Origin: Ranitomeya imitator
Taxonomy: Eukaryota
Length of the DNA stretch: 64,000 nt
Assembly (NCBI RefSeq): GCF_032444005.1
Contig: NC_091284.1
Location: forward strand, 16,554,001 to 16,618,000
Direction of reading: 5' to 3'
Position 1 is the first letter of the stretch, and each line of letters starts with the position of its first letter. The notes beneath the pieces are model-generated. The model was given only the letters and a program-made list of their open reading frames with translations, made no database searches and was not told the origin of the DNA. Position numbers and translations under genes: made by a program. This document shows positions 22,111 to 35,750 of the stretch, piece by piece.

Positions 22111-25100
22111 AATGTGTCCTTGTCATCTCACACTCATCACAATGCAAATATCTGAGGAAAACCGCCTTATAGTATAGGGACAGGCAAATGTACGGACAAA
22201 GGGGGTCTGTGACCGGCGCCAAGTCCCCCAACACAGCCACAGCCAGGATATCCGGAGAGACGGCATAGATATGGAACAGACCTATCACAGATAGATACAG
22301 GGACCCACACAGCAGGAGAGGACCCTGCGCAAGAACAGTATATGGGCCCCTGTGCAAGAACAGTATATGGGCCCCTGTGCAACAACTGTATATGGACCCC
22401 TGTGCAAGAACTGTATATGGGCCCCTGTGCAAGAACAGTGTATGGGCCCCTGTGCAACAATAGTATATGGGCCCCTGTGCAAGAACAGTATATGGGCCCC
22501 TGTGCAAGAACAGTGTATGGACCCCTGTGCAAGAACAGTGTATGGGCCCCTGTGCAAGAACAGTGTATGGGCCCCTGTGCAACAATAGTATATGGGCCCC
22601 TGTGCAAGAACAGTATATGGGCCCCTGTGCAAGAATAGTATATGGGCCCCTGTGCAACAATAGTACCGTATATGGGCCCCTGTGCAAGAACAGTATATGG
22701 GCCCCTGTGCAAGAACAGTATATGGGCCCCTGTGCAAGAACAGTGTATGGGCCCCTGCGCAAGAACAGTGTATGGGCCCCTGTGCAAGAACAGTATATGG
22801 GCCCCTGTGCAAGAACAGTGTATGGGCCCCTGCGCAAGAACAGTGTATGGGCCCCTGTGCAAGAACAGTATATGGACCCCTGTGCAACAATACTATATGG
22901 GCCCCTGTGCAAGAACAGTATATGGACCCCTGTGCAACAATACTATATGGGCCCCTGTGCAAGAACAGTGTATGGACCCCAGTGCAAGAACAGTGTATGG
23001 GCCCCTGTGCAAGAACAGTGTATGGGCCCCTGTGCAAGAGCTGTATATGGGCCCCTGTGCAACAATACTATATGGGCCCCTGTGCAAGAACAGTATATGG
23101 ACCCCTGTGCAACAATACTATATGGGCCCCTGTGCAAGAACAGTGTATGGACCCCAGTGCAAGAACAGTGTATGGGCCCCTGTGCAAGAACAGTGTATGG
23201 GCCCCTGTGCAAGAACTGTATATGGGCCCCTGTGCAACAATACTATATGGGCCCCTGTGCAAGAACAGTGTATGGACCCCTGTGCAAGAACTGTGTATGG
23301 GCCCCTGTGCAAGAACGGTATATGGGCCCCTGTGCAAGAACTGTATATGGGCCCCTGTGCAAGAACAGTGTATGGGCCCCTGTGCAAGAACAGTATATGG
23401 GCCCCTGTGCAAGAACAGTATATGGACCCCTGTGCAAGAACAGTATATGGGCCCCTGTGCAAGAACAGTATATGGGCCCCTGTGCAAGAACAGTATATGG
23501 ACCCCTGTGCAAGAACTGTATATGGACCCCTGTGCAAGAACTGTATATGGGCCCCTGTGCAAGAACAGTATATGGGCCCCTGTGCAAGAACTGTATATGG
23601 ACCCCTGTGCAAGAACTGTATATGGGCCCCTGTGCAAGAACAGTATATGGACTCCTGTGCAAGAACTGTATATGGGCCCCTGTGCAAGAACAGTGTATGG
23701 GCCCCTGTGCAAGAACAGTATATGGGCCCCTGTGCAAGAACAGTATATGGACCCCTGTGCAAGAACAGTGTATGGACCCCTGTGCAAGAACAGTATATGG
23801 GCCCCTGTGCAAGAACTGTATATGGGCCCCTGTGCAAGAACAGTGTATGGGCCCCTGTGCAAGAACTGTATATGGGCCCCTGTGCAACAATTGTATATGG
23901 GCCCCTGTGCAACAATAGTATATGGGCCTCTGTGCAAGAACAGTATATGGGCCCCTGCGCAAGAACAGTATATGGGCCCCTGTGCAAGAACAGTATATGG
24001 ACCCCTGTGCAAGAACAGTATATGGGCCCCTGTGCAAGAACAGTATATGGGTCCCTGTGCAAGAACAGTATATGGGCCCCTGTGCAACAACAGTATATGG
24101 ACCCCTGTGCAAGAACAGTATATGGGCCCCTGTGCAACAACAGTATATGGACCCCTGTGCAAGAACAGTATATGGGCCCCTGTGCAAGAACAGTATATGG
24201 ACCCCTGTGCAAGATCAGTATATGGACCCCTGTGCAAGAACTGTATATGGACCCCTGTGCAAGAACTGTATATGGGCCCCTGTGCAAGAACAGTATATGG
24301 GCCCCTGTGCAAGAACTGTATATGGACCCCTGTGCAAGAACTGTATATGGGCCCCTGTGCAAGAACAGTATATGGGCCCCTGTGCAAGAACTGTATATGG
24401 AACCCTGTGCAAGAACTGTATATGGACCCCTGTGCAAGAACTTTATATGGGCCCCTGTGCAAGAACAGTATATGGACACCTGTGCAAGAACTGTATATGG
24501 GCCCCTGTGCAAGAACAGTATATGGACCCCTGTGCAAGAACAGTATATGGACTCCTGTGCAAGAACAGTATATGGGCCCCTGTGCAAGAACAGTGTATGG
24601 ACCCCTGTGCAAGAACAGTATATGGGCTCCTGTGCAAGAACAGTGTATGGGCCCCTGTGGAAGAACAGTATATGGGCCCCTATGCAACAATACTATATGG
24701 GCCCCTGTGCAAGAACAGTGTATGGGCCCCTGTGCAAGAACAGTATATGGGCCCCTGTGCAAGAACAGTATATGGACCCCTGTGCAAGAACAGTATATGG
24801 GCCCCTGTGCAAGAACAGTATATGGGCCCCTGTGCAAGAACAGTATATGGGCCCCTGTGCAAGAACAGTATATGGGCCCCTGTGCAAGAACAGTATATGG
24901 GCCCCTGTGCAAGAACAGTATATGGGCCCCTGTGCAAGAACAGTATATGGACCCCTGTGCAAGAACTGTATATGGACCCCTGTGCAAGAACTGTATATGG
25001 GCCCCTGTGCAAGAACAGTATATGGGCCCCTGTGCAAGAACTGTATATGGACCCCTGTGCAAGAACTGTATATGGACCCCTGTGCAAGAACTGTATATGG

Positions 25101-25410
25101 GCCCCTGTGCAAGAACAGTATATGGACTCCTGTGCAAGAACAGTATATGGGCCCCTGTGCAAGAACAGTGTATGGACCCCTGTGCAAGAACAGTATATGG
25201 GCTCCTGTGCAAGAACAGTGTATGGGCCCCTGTGGAAGAACAGTATATGGGCCCCTATGCAATAACAGTATATGGGCCCCTGTGCAAGAACAGTATATGG
25301 GCCCCTGTGCAAGAACAATGTATGGGCCCCTGTGCAAGAACTGTATATGGGCCCCTGTGCAAGAACTGTATATGGGCCCCTGTGCAAGAACAATGTATGG
25401 GCCCCTGTGC

Positions 25411-25705
25411 AATAATAATAATCTTTATTTTTAATAATCTTTATTTTTATATAGCGCTAACATATTCCGCAGCGCTTTACAGTTTTGCACACATTATCAT
25501 CACTGTCCCCGATGGGGCTCACAATCTAGAATCCCTATCAGTATGTCTTTGGAATGTGGGAGGAAACCGGGGTGCCCAGAGGAAACCCACGCAAACACGG
25601 AGAGAACATACAAAGTCTTTGCAGATGTTGTCCTGGGTGGGATTAGAACCCAGGACCCCAGCGCTGCAAGGCTGCTGTGCTAACCACTGCGCCACCGTGC
25701 TGCCC
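25411..25705 (-). mobile_element. tRNA-derived V-SINE (copy 1)
   Basis: Minus strand carries the A-box TGGCGCAGTGG, B-box GGTTCTAATCC, V-domain (TGTTCTCTCCGTGTTTGCGTGGGTTTCCTCTGGGCACCCCGGTTTCCTCCCACATTCCAAAGAC), an L2-like tail and an (ATT)n end. Confidence 0.9.
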
Positions 25706-28700
25706 AAGAACAGTATATGGGCCCCTGTGCAAGAACTGTATATGGGCCCCTGTGCAAGAACAGTGTATGGGCCCCTGTGCAAGAACAGCATATGGGCCCC
25801 TGCAAGAACAGTATATGGGCCCTGTGCAAGAACAGTATATGGGCCCCTGCAAGAACAGTATATGGGCCCTGTGCAAGAATAGTGTATGGGCCCCTGTGCA
25901 AGAACAGTATATGGGCCCCTGTGCAAGAACTGTATATGGGCTCCTGTGCAAGAACTGTATATGGGCCCCTGTGCAAGAACAGTGTATGGGCCCCTGTGCA
26001 AGAACAGTATATAGGCCCCTGTGCAAGAACTGTATATGGGCCCCTGTGCAAGAACTGTGTATGGGCCCTGTGCAAGAACGGTATATGGGCCCCTGTGCAA
26101 GAACAGTGTATGGGCCCCTGTGCAAGAACAGTACATGGGCCCCTGTGGAAGAACTGTATATGGGCCCCTGCAAGAACAGTATATGGGCCCTGTGCAAGAA
26201 TAGTATATGGGCCCCTGTGCAAGAAGAGTATATGGGCCCCTGTGCAAGAACAATGTATGGGCCCCTGTGCAAGAACAGTATATGGGCCCCTGTGCAAGAA
26301 CTGTATATGGGCCCCTGTGCAAGAACAGTATATGGGCCCCTGTGCAAGAACTGTGTATGGGCCCCTGTGCAAGAACTGTATATGGGCCCCTGTGCAAGAA
26401 CTGTGTATGGGCCCCTGTGCAAGAACAGTATATGGGCCCCTGTGCAAGAACTGTATATGGGCTCCTGTGCAAGAACTGTATATGGGCCCCTGTGCAAGAA
26501 CAGTGTATGGGCCCCTGTGCAAGAACAGTATATGGGCCCCTGTGCAAGAACAGTGTATGGGCCCCTGCGCAAGAACAGTGTATGGGCCCCTGTGCAAGAA
26601 CAGTATATGGGCCCCTGTGCAAGAACAGTGTATGGGCCCCTGCGCAAGAACAGTGTATGGGCCCCTGTGCAAGAACAGTATATGGACCCCTGTGCAACAA
26701 TACTATATGGGCCCCTGTGCAAGAACAGTATATGGACCCCTGTGCAACAATACTATATGGGCCCCTGTGCAAGAACAGTGTATGGACCCCAGTGCAAGAA
26801 CAGTGTATGGGCCCCTGTGCAAGAACAGTGTATGGGCCCCTGTGCAAGAGCTGTATATGGGCCCCTGTGCAACAATACTATATGGGCCCCTGTGCAAGAA
26901 CAGTATATGGACCCCTGTGCAACAATACTATATGGGCCCCTGTGCAAGAACAGTGTATGGACCCCAGTGCAAGAACAGTGTATGGGCCCCTGTGCAAGAA
27001 CAGTGTATGGGCCCCTGTGCAAGAACTGTATATGGGCCCCTGTGCAACAATACTATATGGGCCCCTGTGCAAGAACAGTGTATGGACCCCTGTGCAAGAA
27101 CTGTGTATGGGCCCCTGTGCAAGAACGGTATATGGGCCCCTGTGCAAGAACTGTATATGGGCCCCTGTGCAAGAACAGTGTATGGGCCCCTGTGCAAGAA
27201 CAGTATATGGGCCCCTGTGCAAGAACAGTATATGGACCCCTGTGCAAGAACAGTATATGGGCCCCTGTGCAAGAACAGTATATGGGCCCCTGTGCAAGAA
27301 CAGTATATGGACCCCTGTGCAAGAACTGTATATGGACCCCTGTGCAAGAACTGTATATGGGCCCCTGTGCAAGAACAGTATATGGGCCCCTGTGCAAGAA
27401 CTGTATATGGACCCCTGTGCAAGAACTGTATATGGGCCCCTGTGCAAGAACAGTATATGGACTCCTGTGCAAGAACTGTATATGGGCCCCTGTGCAAGAA
27501 CAGTGTATGGGCCCCTGTGCAAGAACAGTATATGGGCCCCTGTGCAAGAACAGTATATGGACCCCTGTGCAAGAACAGTGTATGGACCCCTGTGCAAGAA
27601 CAGTATATGGGCCCCTGTGCAAGAACTGTATATGGGCCCCTGTGCAAGAACAGTGTATGGGCCCCTGTGCAAGAACTGTATATGGGCCCCTGTGCAACAA
27701 TTGTATATGGGCCCCTGTGCAACAATAGTATATGGGCCTCTGTGCAAGAACAGTATATGGGCCCCTGCGCAAGAACAGTATATGGGCCCCTGTGCAAGAA
27801 CAGTATATGGACCCCTGTGCAAGAACAGTATATGGGCCCCTGTGCAAGAACAGTATATGGGTCCCTGTGCAAGAACAGTATATGGGCCCCTGTGCAACAA
27901 CAGTATATGGACCCCTGTGCAAGAACAGTATATGGGCCCCTGTGCAACAACAGTATATGGACCCCTGTGCAAGAACAGTATATGGGCCCCTGTGCAAGAA
28001 CAGTATATGGACCCCTGTGCAAGATCAGTATATGGACCCCTGTGCAAGAACTGTATATGGACCCCTGTGCAAGAACTGTATATGGGCCCCTGTGCAAGAA
28101 CAGTATATGGGCCCCTGTGCAAGAACTGTATATGGACCCCTGTGCAAGAACTGTATATGGGCCCCTGTGCAAGAACAGTATATGGGCCCCTGTGCAAGAA
28201 CTGTATATGGAACCCTGTGCAAGAACTGTATATGGACCCCTGTGCAAGAACTTTATATGGGCCCCTGTGCAAGAACAGTATATGGACACCTGTGCAAGAA
28301 CTGTATATGGGCCCCTGTGCAAGAACAGTATATGGACCCCTGTGCAAGAACTGTATATGGACCCCTGTGCAAGAACTGTATATGGGCCCCTGTGCAAGAA
28401 CAGTATATGGGCCCCTGTGCAAGAACTGTATATGGACCCCTGTGCAAGAACTGTATATGGACCCCTGTGCAAGAACTGTATATGGGCCCCTGTGCAAGAA
28501 CAGTATATGGACTCCTGTGCAAGAACAGTATATGGGCCCCTGTGCAAGAACAGTGTATGGACCCCTGTGCAAGAACAGTATATGGGCTCCTGTGCAAGAA
28601 CAGTGTATGGGCCCCTGTGGAAGAACAGTATATGGGCCCCTATGCAACAATACTATATGGGCCCCTGTGCAAGAACAGTGTATGGGCCCCTGTGCAAGAA

Positions 28701-29370
28701 CAGTATATGGGCCCCTGTGCAAGAACAGTATATGGACCCCTGTGCAAGAACAGTATATGGGCCCCTGTGCAAGAACAGTATATGGGCCCCTGTGCAAGAA
28801 CAGTATATGGGCCCCTGTGCAAGAACAGTATATGGGCCCCTGTGCAAGAACAGTATATGGGCCCCTGTGCAAGAACAGTATATGGGCCCCTGTGCAAGAA
28901 CAGTATATGGACCCCTGTGCAAGAACTGTATATGGACCCCTGTGCAAGAACTGTATATGGGCCCCTGTGCAAGAACAGTATATGGGCCCCTGTGCAAGAA
29001 CTGTATATGGACCCCTGTGCAAGAACTGTATATGGACCCCTGTGCAAGAACTGTATATGGGCCCCTGTGCAAGAACAGTATATGGACTCCTGTGCAAGAA
29101 CAGTATATGGGCCCCTGTGCAAGAACAGTGTATGGACCCCTGTGCAAGAACAGTATATGGGCTCCTGTGCAAGAACAGTGTATGGGCCCCTGTGGAAGAA
29201 CAGTATATGGGCCCCTATGCAATAACAGTATATGGGCCCCTGTGCAAGAACAGTATATGGGCCCCTGTGCAAGAACAATGTATGGGCCCCTGTGCAAGAA
29301 CTGTATATGGGCCCCTGTGCAAGAACTGTATATGGGCCCCTGTGCAAGAACAATGTATGGGCCCCTGTGC

Positions 29371-29665
29371 AATAATAATAATCTTTATTTTTAATAATCT
29401 TTATTTTTATATAGCGCTAACATATTCCGCAGCGCTTTACAGTTTTGCACACATTATCATCACTGTCCCCGATGGGGCTCACAATCTAGAATCCCTATCA
29501 GTATGTCTTTGGAATGTGGGAGGAAACCGGGGTGCCCAGAGGAAACCCACGCAAACACGGAGAGAACATACAAAGTCTTTGCAGATGTTGTCCTGGGTGG
29601 GATTAGAACCCAGGACCCCAGCGCTGCAAGGCTGCTGTGCTAACCACTGCGCCACCGTGCTGCCC
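29371..29665 (-). mobile_element. tRNA-derived V-SINE (copy 2, apparently identical to copy 1)
   Basis: Same sequence and same insertion point in the satellite unit, at offset 3960. Confidence 0.9.
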
Positions 29666-31849
29666 AAGAACAGTATATGGGCCCCTGTGCAAGAACTGTA
29701 TATGGGCCCCTGTGCAAGAACAGTGTATGGGCCCCTGTGCAAGAACAGCATATGGGCCCCTGCAAGAACAGTATATGGGCCCCTGCAAGAACAGTATATG
29801 GGCCCCTGCAAGAACAGTATATGGGCCCTGTGCAAGAACAGTGTATGGGCCCCTGTGCAAGAACAGTATATGGGCCCCTGTGCAAGAACTGTATATGGGC
29901 TCCTGTGCAAGAACTGTATATGGGCCCCTGTGCAAGAACAGTGTATGGGCCCCTGTGCAAGAACAGTATATAGGCCCCTGTGCAAGAACTGTATATGGGC
30001 CCCTGTGCAAGAACTGTGTATGGGCCCTGTGCAAGAACGGTATATGGGCCCCTGTGCAAGAACAGTGTATGGGCCCCTGTGCAAGAACAGTACATGGGCC
30101 CCTGTGGAAGAACTGTATATGGGCCCCTGCAAGAACAGTATATGGGCCCTGTGCAAGAATAGTATATGGGCCCCTGTGCAAGAAGAGTATATGGGCCCCT
30201 GTGCAAGAACAATGTATGGGCCCCTGTGCAAGAACAGTATATGGGCCCCTGTGCAAGAACTGTATATGGGCCCCTGTGCAAGAACAGTATATGGGCCCCT
30301 GTGCAAGAACTGTGTATGGGCCCCTGTGCAAGAACTGTATATGGGCCCCTGTGCAAGAACTGTGTATGGGCCCCTGTGCAAGAACAGTATATGGGCCCCT
30401 GTGCAAGAACTGTATATGGGCTCCTGTGCAAGAACTGTATATGGGCCCCTGTGCAAGAACAGTGTATGGGCCCCTGTGCAAGAACAGTATATAGGCCCCT
30501 GTGCAAGAACTGTATATGGGCCCCTGTGCAAGAACTGTGTATGGGCCCTGTGCAAGAACGGTATATGGGCCCCTGTGCAAGAACAGTGTATGGGCCCCTG
30601 TGCAAGAACAGTACATGGGCCCCTGTGGAAGAACTGTATATGGGCCCCTGCAAGAACAGTATATGGGCCCTGTGCAAGAATAGTATATGGGCCCCTGTGC
30701 AAGAAGAGTATATGGGCCCCTGTGCAAGAACAATGTATGGGCCCCTGTGCAAGAACAGTATATGGGCCCCTGTGCAAGAACTGTATATGGGCCCCTGTGC
30801 AAGAACAGTATATGGGCCCCTGTGCAAGACCTGTGTATGGGCCCCTGTGCAAGAACTGTATATGGGCCCCTGTGCAAGAACTGTGTATGGGCCCCTGTGC
30901 AAGAACTGTGTATGGGCCCTGTGCAAGAACAGTATATGGGCCCCTGTGCAAGAACTGTATATGGGCCCCTGTGCAAGAACTGTGTATGGGCCCCTGTGCA
31001 AGAACAGTATATGGGCCCCTGTGCAAGAACAGTATATGGGCCCCTGCAAGAACAGTATATGGGCCCTGTGCAAGAATAGTGTATGGGCCCCTGTGCAAGA
31101 ACAGTATATGGGCCCCTGTGCAAGAACTGTATATGGGCCCCTGTGCAAGAACAGTGTATGGGCCCCTGTGCAAGAACTGTATATGGGCCCCTGTGCAAGA
31201 ACTGTGTATGGGCCCTGTGCAAGAACGGTATATGGGCCCCTGTGCAAGAACAGTGTATGGGCCCCTGTGCAAGAACAGTACATGTGCCCCTGTGGAAGAA
31301 CTGTATATGGGCCCCTGCAAGAACAGTATATGGGCCCTGTGCAAGAATAGTGTATGGGCCCCTGTGCAAGAACTGTATATGGGCCCCTGTGCAAGAACAG
31401 TATATGGGCCCCTGTGCAAGAACTGTATATGGGCCCCTGTGCAAGAACAATGTATGGGCCCCTGTGCAAGAACAGTATATGGGCCCCTGTGCAAGAACAG
31501 TATATGGGCCCCTGTGCAAGAACAGTATATGGGCCCCTGTGCAAGAACTGTATATGGGCCCCTGTGCAAGAACAGTATATGGGCCCCTGTGCAAGAACTG
31601 TATATGGACCCCTGTGCAAGAACTGTATATGGGCCCCTGTGCAAGAACAGTATATGGGCCCCTGTGCAAGAACAGTGTTATGTTGATCCCAGGAGAGATA
31701 GATAATACATAGATAATAGATAGACGGGGTATAGACATGAGACAGATACATCGCAAGAAAAAAAGATAATAGATGATAGAATTTAGATCCCAAGTTAAAG
31801 TGATGATACAGAGATAACAGATGCAGATCAATGACAGATAGATTATACA

Positions 31850-33566
31850 GAGGCAATAGAGTGAGATACAACTGGCAGGGATACAATAGGCTGAGATACA
31901 ATAGAGTGAGATACAATAGCCTCAGATACAATAGGCTGAGATACAATAAGCTGAGATACAATAGGCTGAGATGCAATAGAGTGAGATACAATAGGCAGAG
32001 ATACAATAGGCTAAGATATAATAGACTGAGATACAATAAGCTGAGATACAATAGGCAGAGATATAATAGGCTAACATACAATTGGCTGAGATACAATAGG
32101 CTGGGATGCAATAGAGTGAGATACAATAGCCTCAGATACAATAGGCTGAGATACAATAGGCTAAGATATCATAGGCTGAGATGCAATAGGCTGAGATATA
32201 ATAGGCTGAGATATAATAGGCTGAGATACAATAGGCTGAGATGCAATAGGCTAAGATACAATAGGCTAAGATATCATAGGCTGAGATGCAATAGGCTGAG
32301 ATATAATAGGCTGAGATATAATAGGCTGAGATACAATAGGCTGAGATACAATAGGCTAAGATATCATAGGCTGAGATGCAATAGGCTGAGATATAATAGG
32401 CTGAGATATAATAGGCTGAGATACAATAGGCTGAGATGCAATAGGCTAAGATACAATAGGCTAAGATATCATAGGCTGAGATGCAATAGGCTGAGATATA
32501 ATAGGCTGAGATATAATAGGCTGAGATACAATAGGCTGAGATACAATAGGCTAAGATATCATAGGCTGAGATGCAATAGGCTGAGATATAATAGGCTGAG
32601 ATACAATAGGCAGAGGTACAATAGGCTAAGATATAATAGGCAGAGATGCAATAGGCTGAGATACAATTGGCTGAGATACAATAGGCTGAGATACAATAGG
32701 CTAAGATACAATAGGCTGAGATACAATAGGCTGAGATACAATAGGCTGAGATACAACAGGCAGAGATATAATAGGCTGAGATATAATAGGCTGAGAAACA
32801 ATTGGCTGAGATACAATAGGCTGAGATACAATAGGCTGAGATACAATTGGCTGAGATACAATTGGCTGAGATACAATAGGCAGAGGTACAATAGGCTGAG
32901 ATACAATAGGCTGAGATACAATAGGCAGAGGTACAATAGGCTAAGATATAATAGGCAGAGATGCAATAGGCTGAGATACAATTGGCTGAGATACAATAGG
33001 CTGAGATACAATAGGCTAAGATACAATAGGCTGAGATACAATAGGCTGAGATACAATAGGCAGAGATGCAATAGGCTGAGATACAATTGGCTGAGATACA
33101 ATAGGCTGAGATACAATAGGCTAAGATACAATAGGCTGAGATACAATAGGCTGAGATACAATAGGCTAAGATACAATAGGCTGAGATACAATTGGCTGAG
33201 ATACAATAGGCTGAGATACAATAGGCTGAGATACAATAGGCTGAGATACAATAGGCTGAGATACAATAGGCAGAGATATAATAGGCTGAGATACAATAGG
33301 CTGAGGTACATTAGGCTGAGATACAATAGGCAGAGATACAATAGGCTGAGATACAATAGGCTGAGATACAATAGGCTGAGATATAATTGGCTGAGATACA
33401 ATAGGCTAAGATACAATAGGCTAAGATACAATAGGCTAAGATACAATAGGCTGAGATATAATTGGCTGAGATACAATAGGCTAAGATACAATAGGCTTAG
33501 ATACAATAGGCTGAGATACAATAGGCTGAGATACAATTGGCTGAGATACAATAGGCTGAGATACAA
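31850..33566. repeat. 15-bp minisatellite (AGATACAATAGGCTG)n, ~114 copies
   Basis: Direct periodicity (YNRLR and LYLSL ORF artefacts). Confidence 0.97.
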
Positions 33567-34334
33567 CACAGATACCAGAAAGCTGCACAGAGATAAATCA
33601 CATGGGATAAAGTGAGGGAATCAGTGGATGGAGACCCCAGTATCTATGGCAGAGGTGTGATGGTGATGCTGCAGTGTAGGAGGGCAGGGTGGTCTCCGGG
33701 CACTTGCCGTGTGGCACACTGGCTGCATTCGGAGGCTCTCATGCTTGTTTTCTATAAGAAGCAGAGTGCTGGGTCACGTCAGGTCGAGTGGGACGATTGC
33801 CCAGTTCTAGGTTTTAAAGGAAAAACATACAGAAAGACACAAAAACACAGCAGTTTCCTTCATTAAATTCCACTCTACCTGCCATGGGCTTCTGGCCATA
33901 ATGGAATTTCCCACTCGGGCCTCGAAGAGATGAACTGTTATATATTTAGTTATGGAGAAATAAACATGTGTATGATATGTAAAGAGGCTCGGCCCTATTA
34001 TCTCACCCAGGGACAGCGATCAGATCAGGGAGCCCGGCTACTGTTTAACCCTTCACATAGTTCTCAGCCCTCATGTAGATAGACAAAAAAACAAGAACAA
34101 GAACTACTCAATCCATTTCTATATGATCAGTTTGAAGGGGGAGAAAGCACAGAGAGAAGATTACTAATACAACCCACCTAGGTACTGTGTTATATAACAG
34201 CACAAATCCTTACATTGTGGTTTAAAGGATTTCACATTCTGTGCTGATTCATTTTCTTGTAAATCTTTACAGTAATCAGACATCCATATTTTTCTACCAC
34301 AGAGTTCCAGTCCTCTGAATAGGCATAAGATTAC

Positions 34335-35750
34335 ATGCTAACATTCTGTCTGCAGTCACCACTAGGGGGAGCTCCCTGTATATAGAGATACATGATAAGA
34401 TCCTGTCTGCAGCCACCACTAGGGGGAGCTCCCTGTATACAGAGATACATGATAAGATCCTGTCTGCAGCCACCACTAGGGGGAGCTCCCTGTATATAGA
34501 GATACACGATAAGATCCTGTCTGCAGCCACCACTAGGGGGAGCTCCCTGTATACAGTGATACATGATAAGATCCTGTCTGCAGCCACCACTAGGGGGAGC
34601 TCCCTGTATACAGAGATACATGATAAGATCCTGTCTGCAGCCACCACTAGGGGGAGCTCCCTGTATACAGAGATACATGATAAGATCCTGTCTGCAGCCA
34701 CCACTAGGGGGAGCTCCCTGTGTACAGAGATACATGATAAGATCCTGTCTGCAGTCACCACTAGGGGGAGCTCCCTGTATACAGAGATACATGATAAGAT
34801 TCTGTCTGCAGCCACCACTAGGGGGAGCTCCCTTTATACAGAGATACATGATAAGATCCTGTCTGCAGCCACCACTAGGGGGAGCTCCCTGTATACAGAG
34901 ATACATGATAAGATCCTGTCTGCAGTCACCACTAGGGGGAGCTCCCTGTATACAGAGGTACGTGATAAGATCCTGTCTGGAGTCACCACTAGGGGGAGCT
35001 CCCTGTATACAGAGATACATGATAAGATCCTGTCTGCAGCCACCATTAGGGGGAGCTCCCTGTATACAGAGATACATGATAAGATCCTGTCTGCAGCCAC
35101 CACTAGGGGGAGCTCCCTGTATACAGAGATACATGATAATATTCTGTCTGCAGCCACTACTAGGGGGAGCTCCCTGTATACAGAGATACATGATAAGATC
35201 CTGTCTGCAGTCACCACTAGGGGGAGCTTCCTGTATACAGAAATACATGATAATATCCTGTCTGCAGTCACCACTAGGGGGAGCTCCCTGTATACAGAGA
35301 TACATGATAAGATCCTGTCTGCAGTCACCACTAGGGGGAGCTCCCTGTATACAGAAATACATGATAATATCCTGTCTGCAGTCACCACAAGGGGGAGCTC
35401 CCTGTATTCAGAGATACATGATAATATCCTGTCTGCAGTCACCACTAGGGGGAGCTCCCTGTATACAGAGATACATGATAAGATCCTGTCTGCATCCACC
35501 ACTAGGGGGAGCTCCCTGTATACAGAGATACATGATAAGATCCTGTCTGCAGTCACCACTAGGGGGAGCTCCCTGTATACAGAGATACATGATAAGATCC
35601 TGTCTGCAGTCACCACTAGGGGGAGCTCCCTGTATACAGAGATACATGATAAGATCCTGTCTGCAGACACCACTAGGGGGAGCTCCCTGTATACAGAGAT
35701 ACATGATAAGATCCTGTCTGCAGCCACCACTAGGGGGAGCTCCCTGTGTA
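34335..35750 (+). repeat. 57-bp tandem repeat, 25 copies, each with a CTCF-like core CCACTAGGGGGAGC
   Basis: The core recurs every 57 bp from 34359 to 35727. Unit GATACATGATAAGATCCTGTCTGCAGCCACCACTAGGGGGAGCTCCCTGTATACAGA. Confidence 0.96.

Larger units (their letters stand above)
22320..31680. repeat. 25-bp satellite (TATGGGCCCCTGTGCAAGAACAGTA)n, ~350 copies, with kb-scale internal duplications
   Basis: Direct periodicity with an ApaI site in most units. Two SINE insertions. Variant order repeats at offsets 3810 and 3960. Confidence 0.97.

Noticed and set aside
25630-25705. tRNA gene
   Set aside because: A and B boxes are present but continue into a V-domain and LINE tail, so this is a SINE head rather than a cloverleaf gene.
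22467-31705. Cys-rich ORFs up to 1832 aa (MGPCARTVYGPLCKN)
   Set aside because: Translations of a 25-bp unit that is open in several frames on both strands; one even reads through an antisense SINE.
31850-33566. SOX/DMRT-like sites (GATACAATAG) in the 15-mer
   Set aside because: Only a short half-site match in AT-rich DNA, expected by chance.
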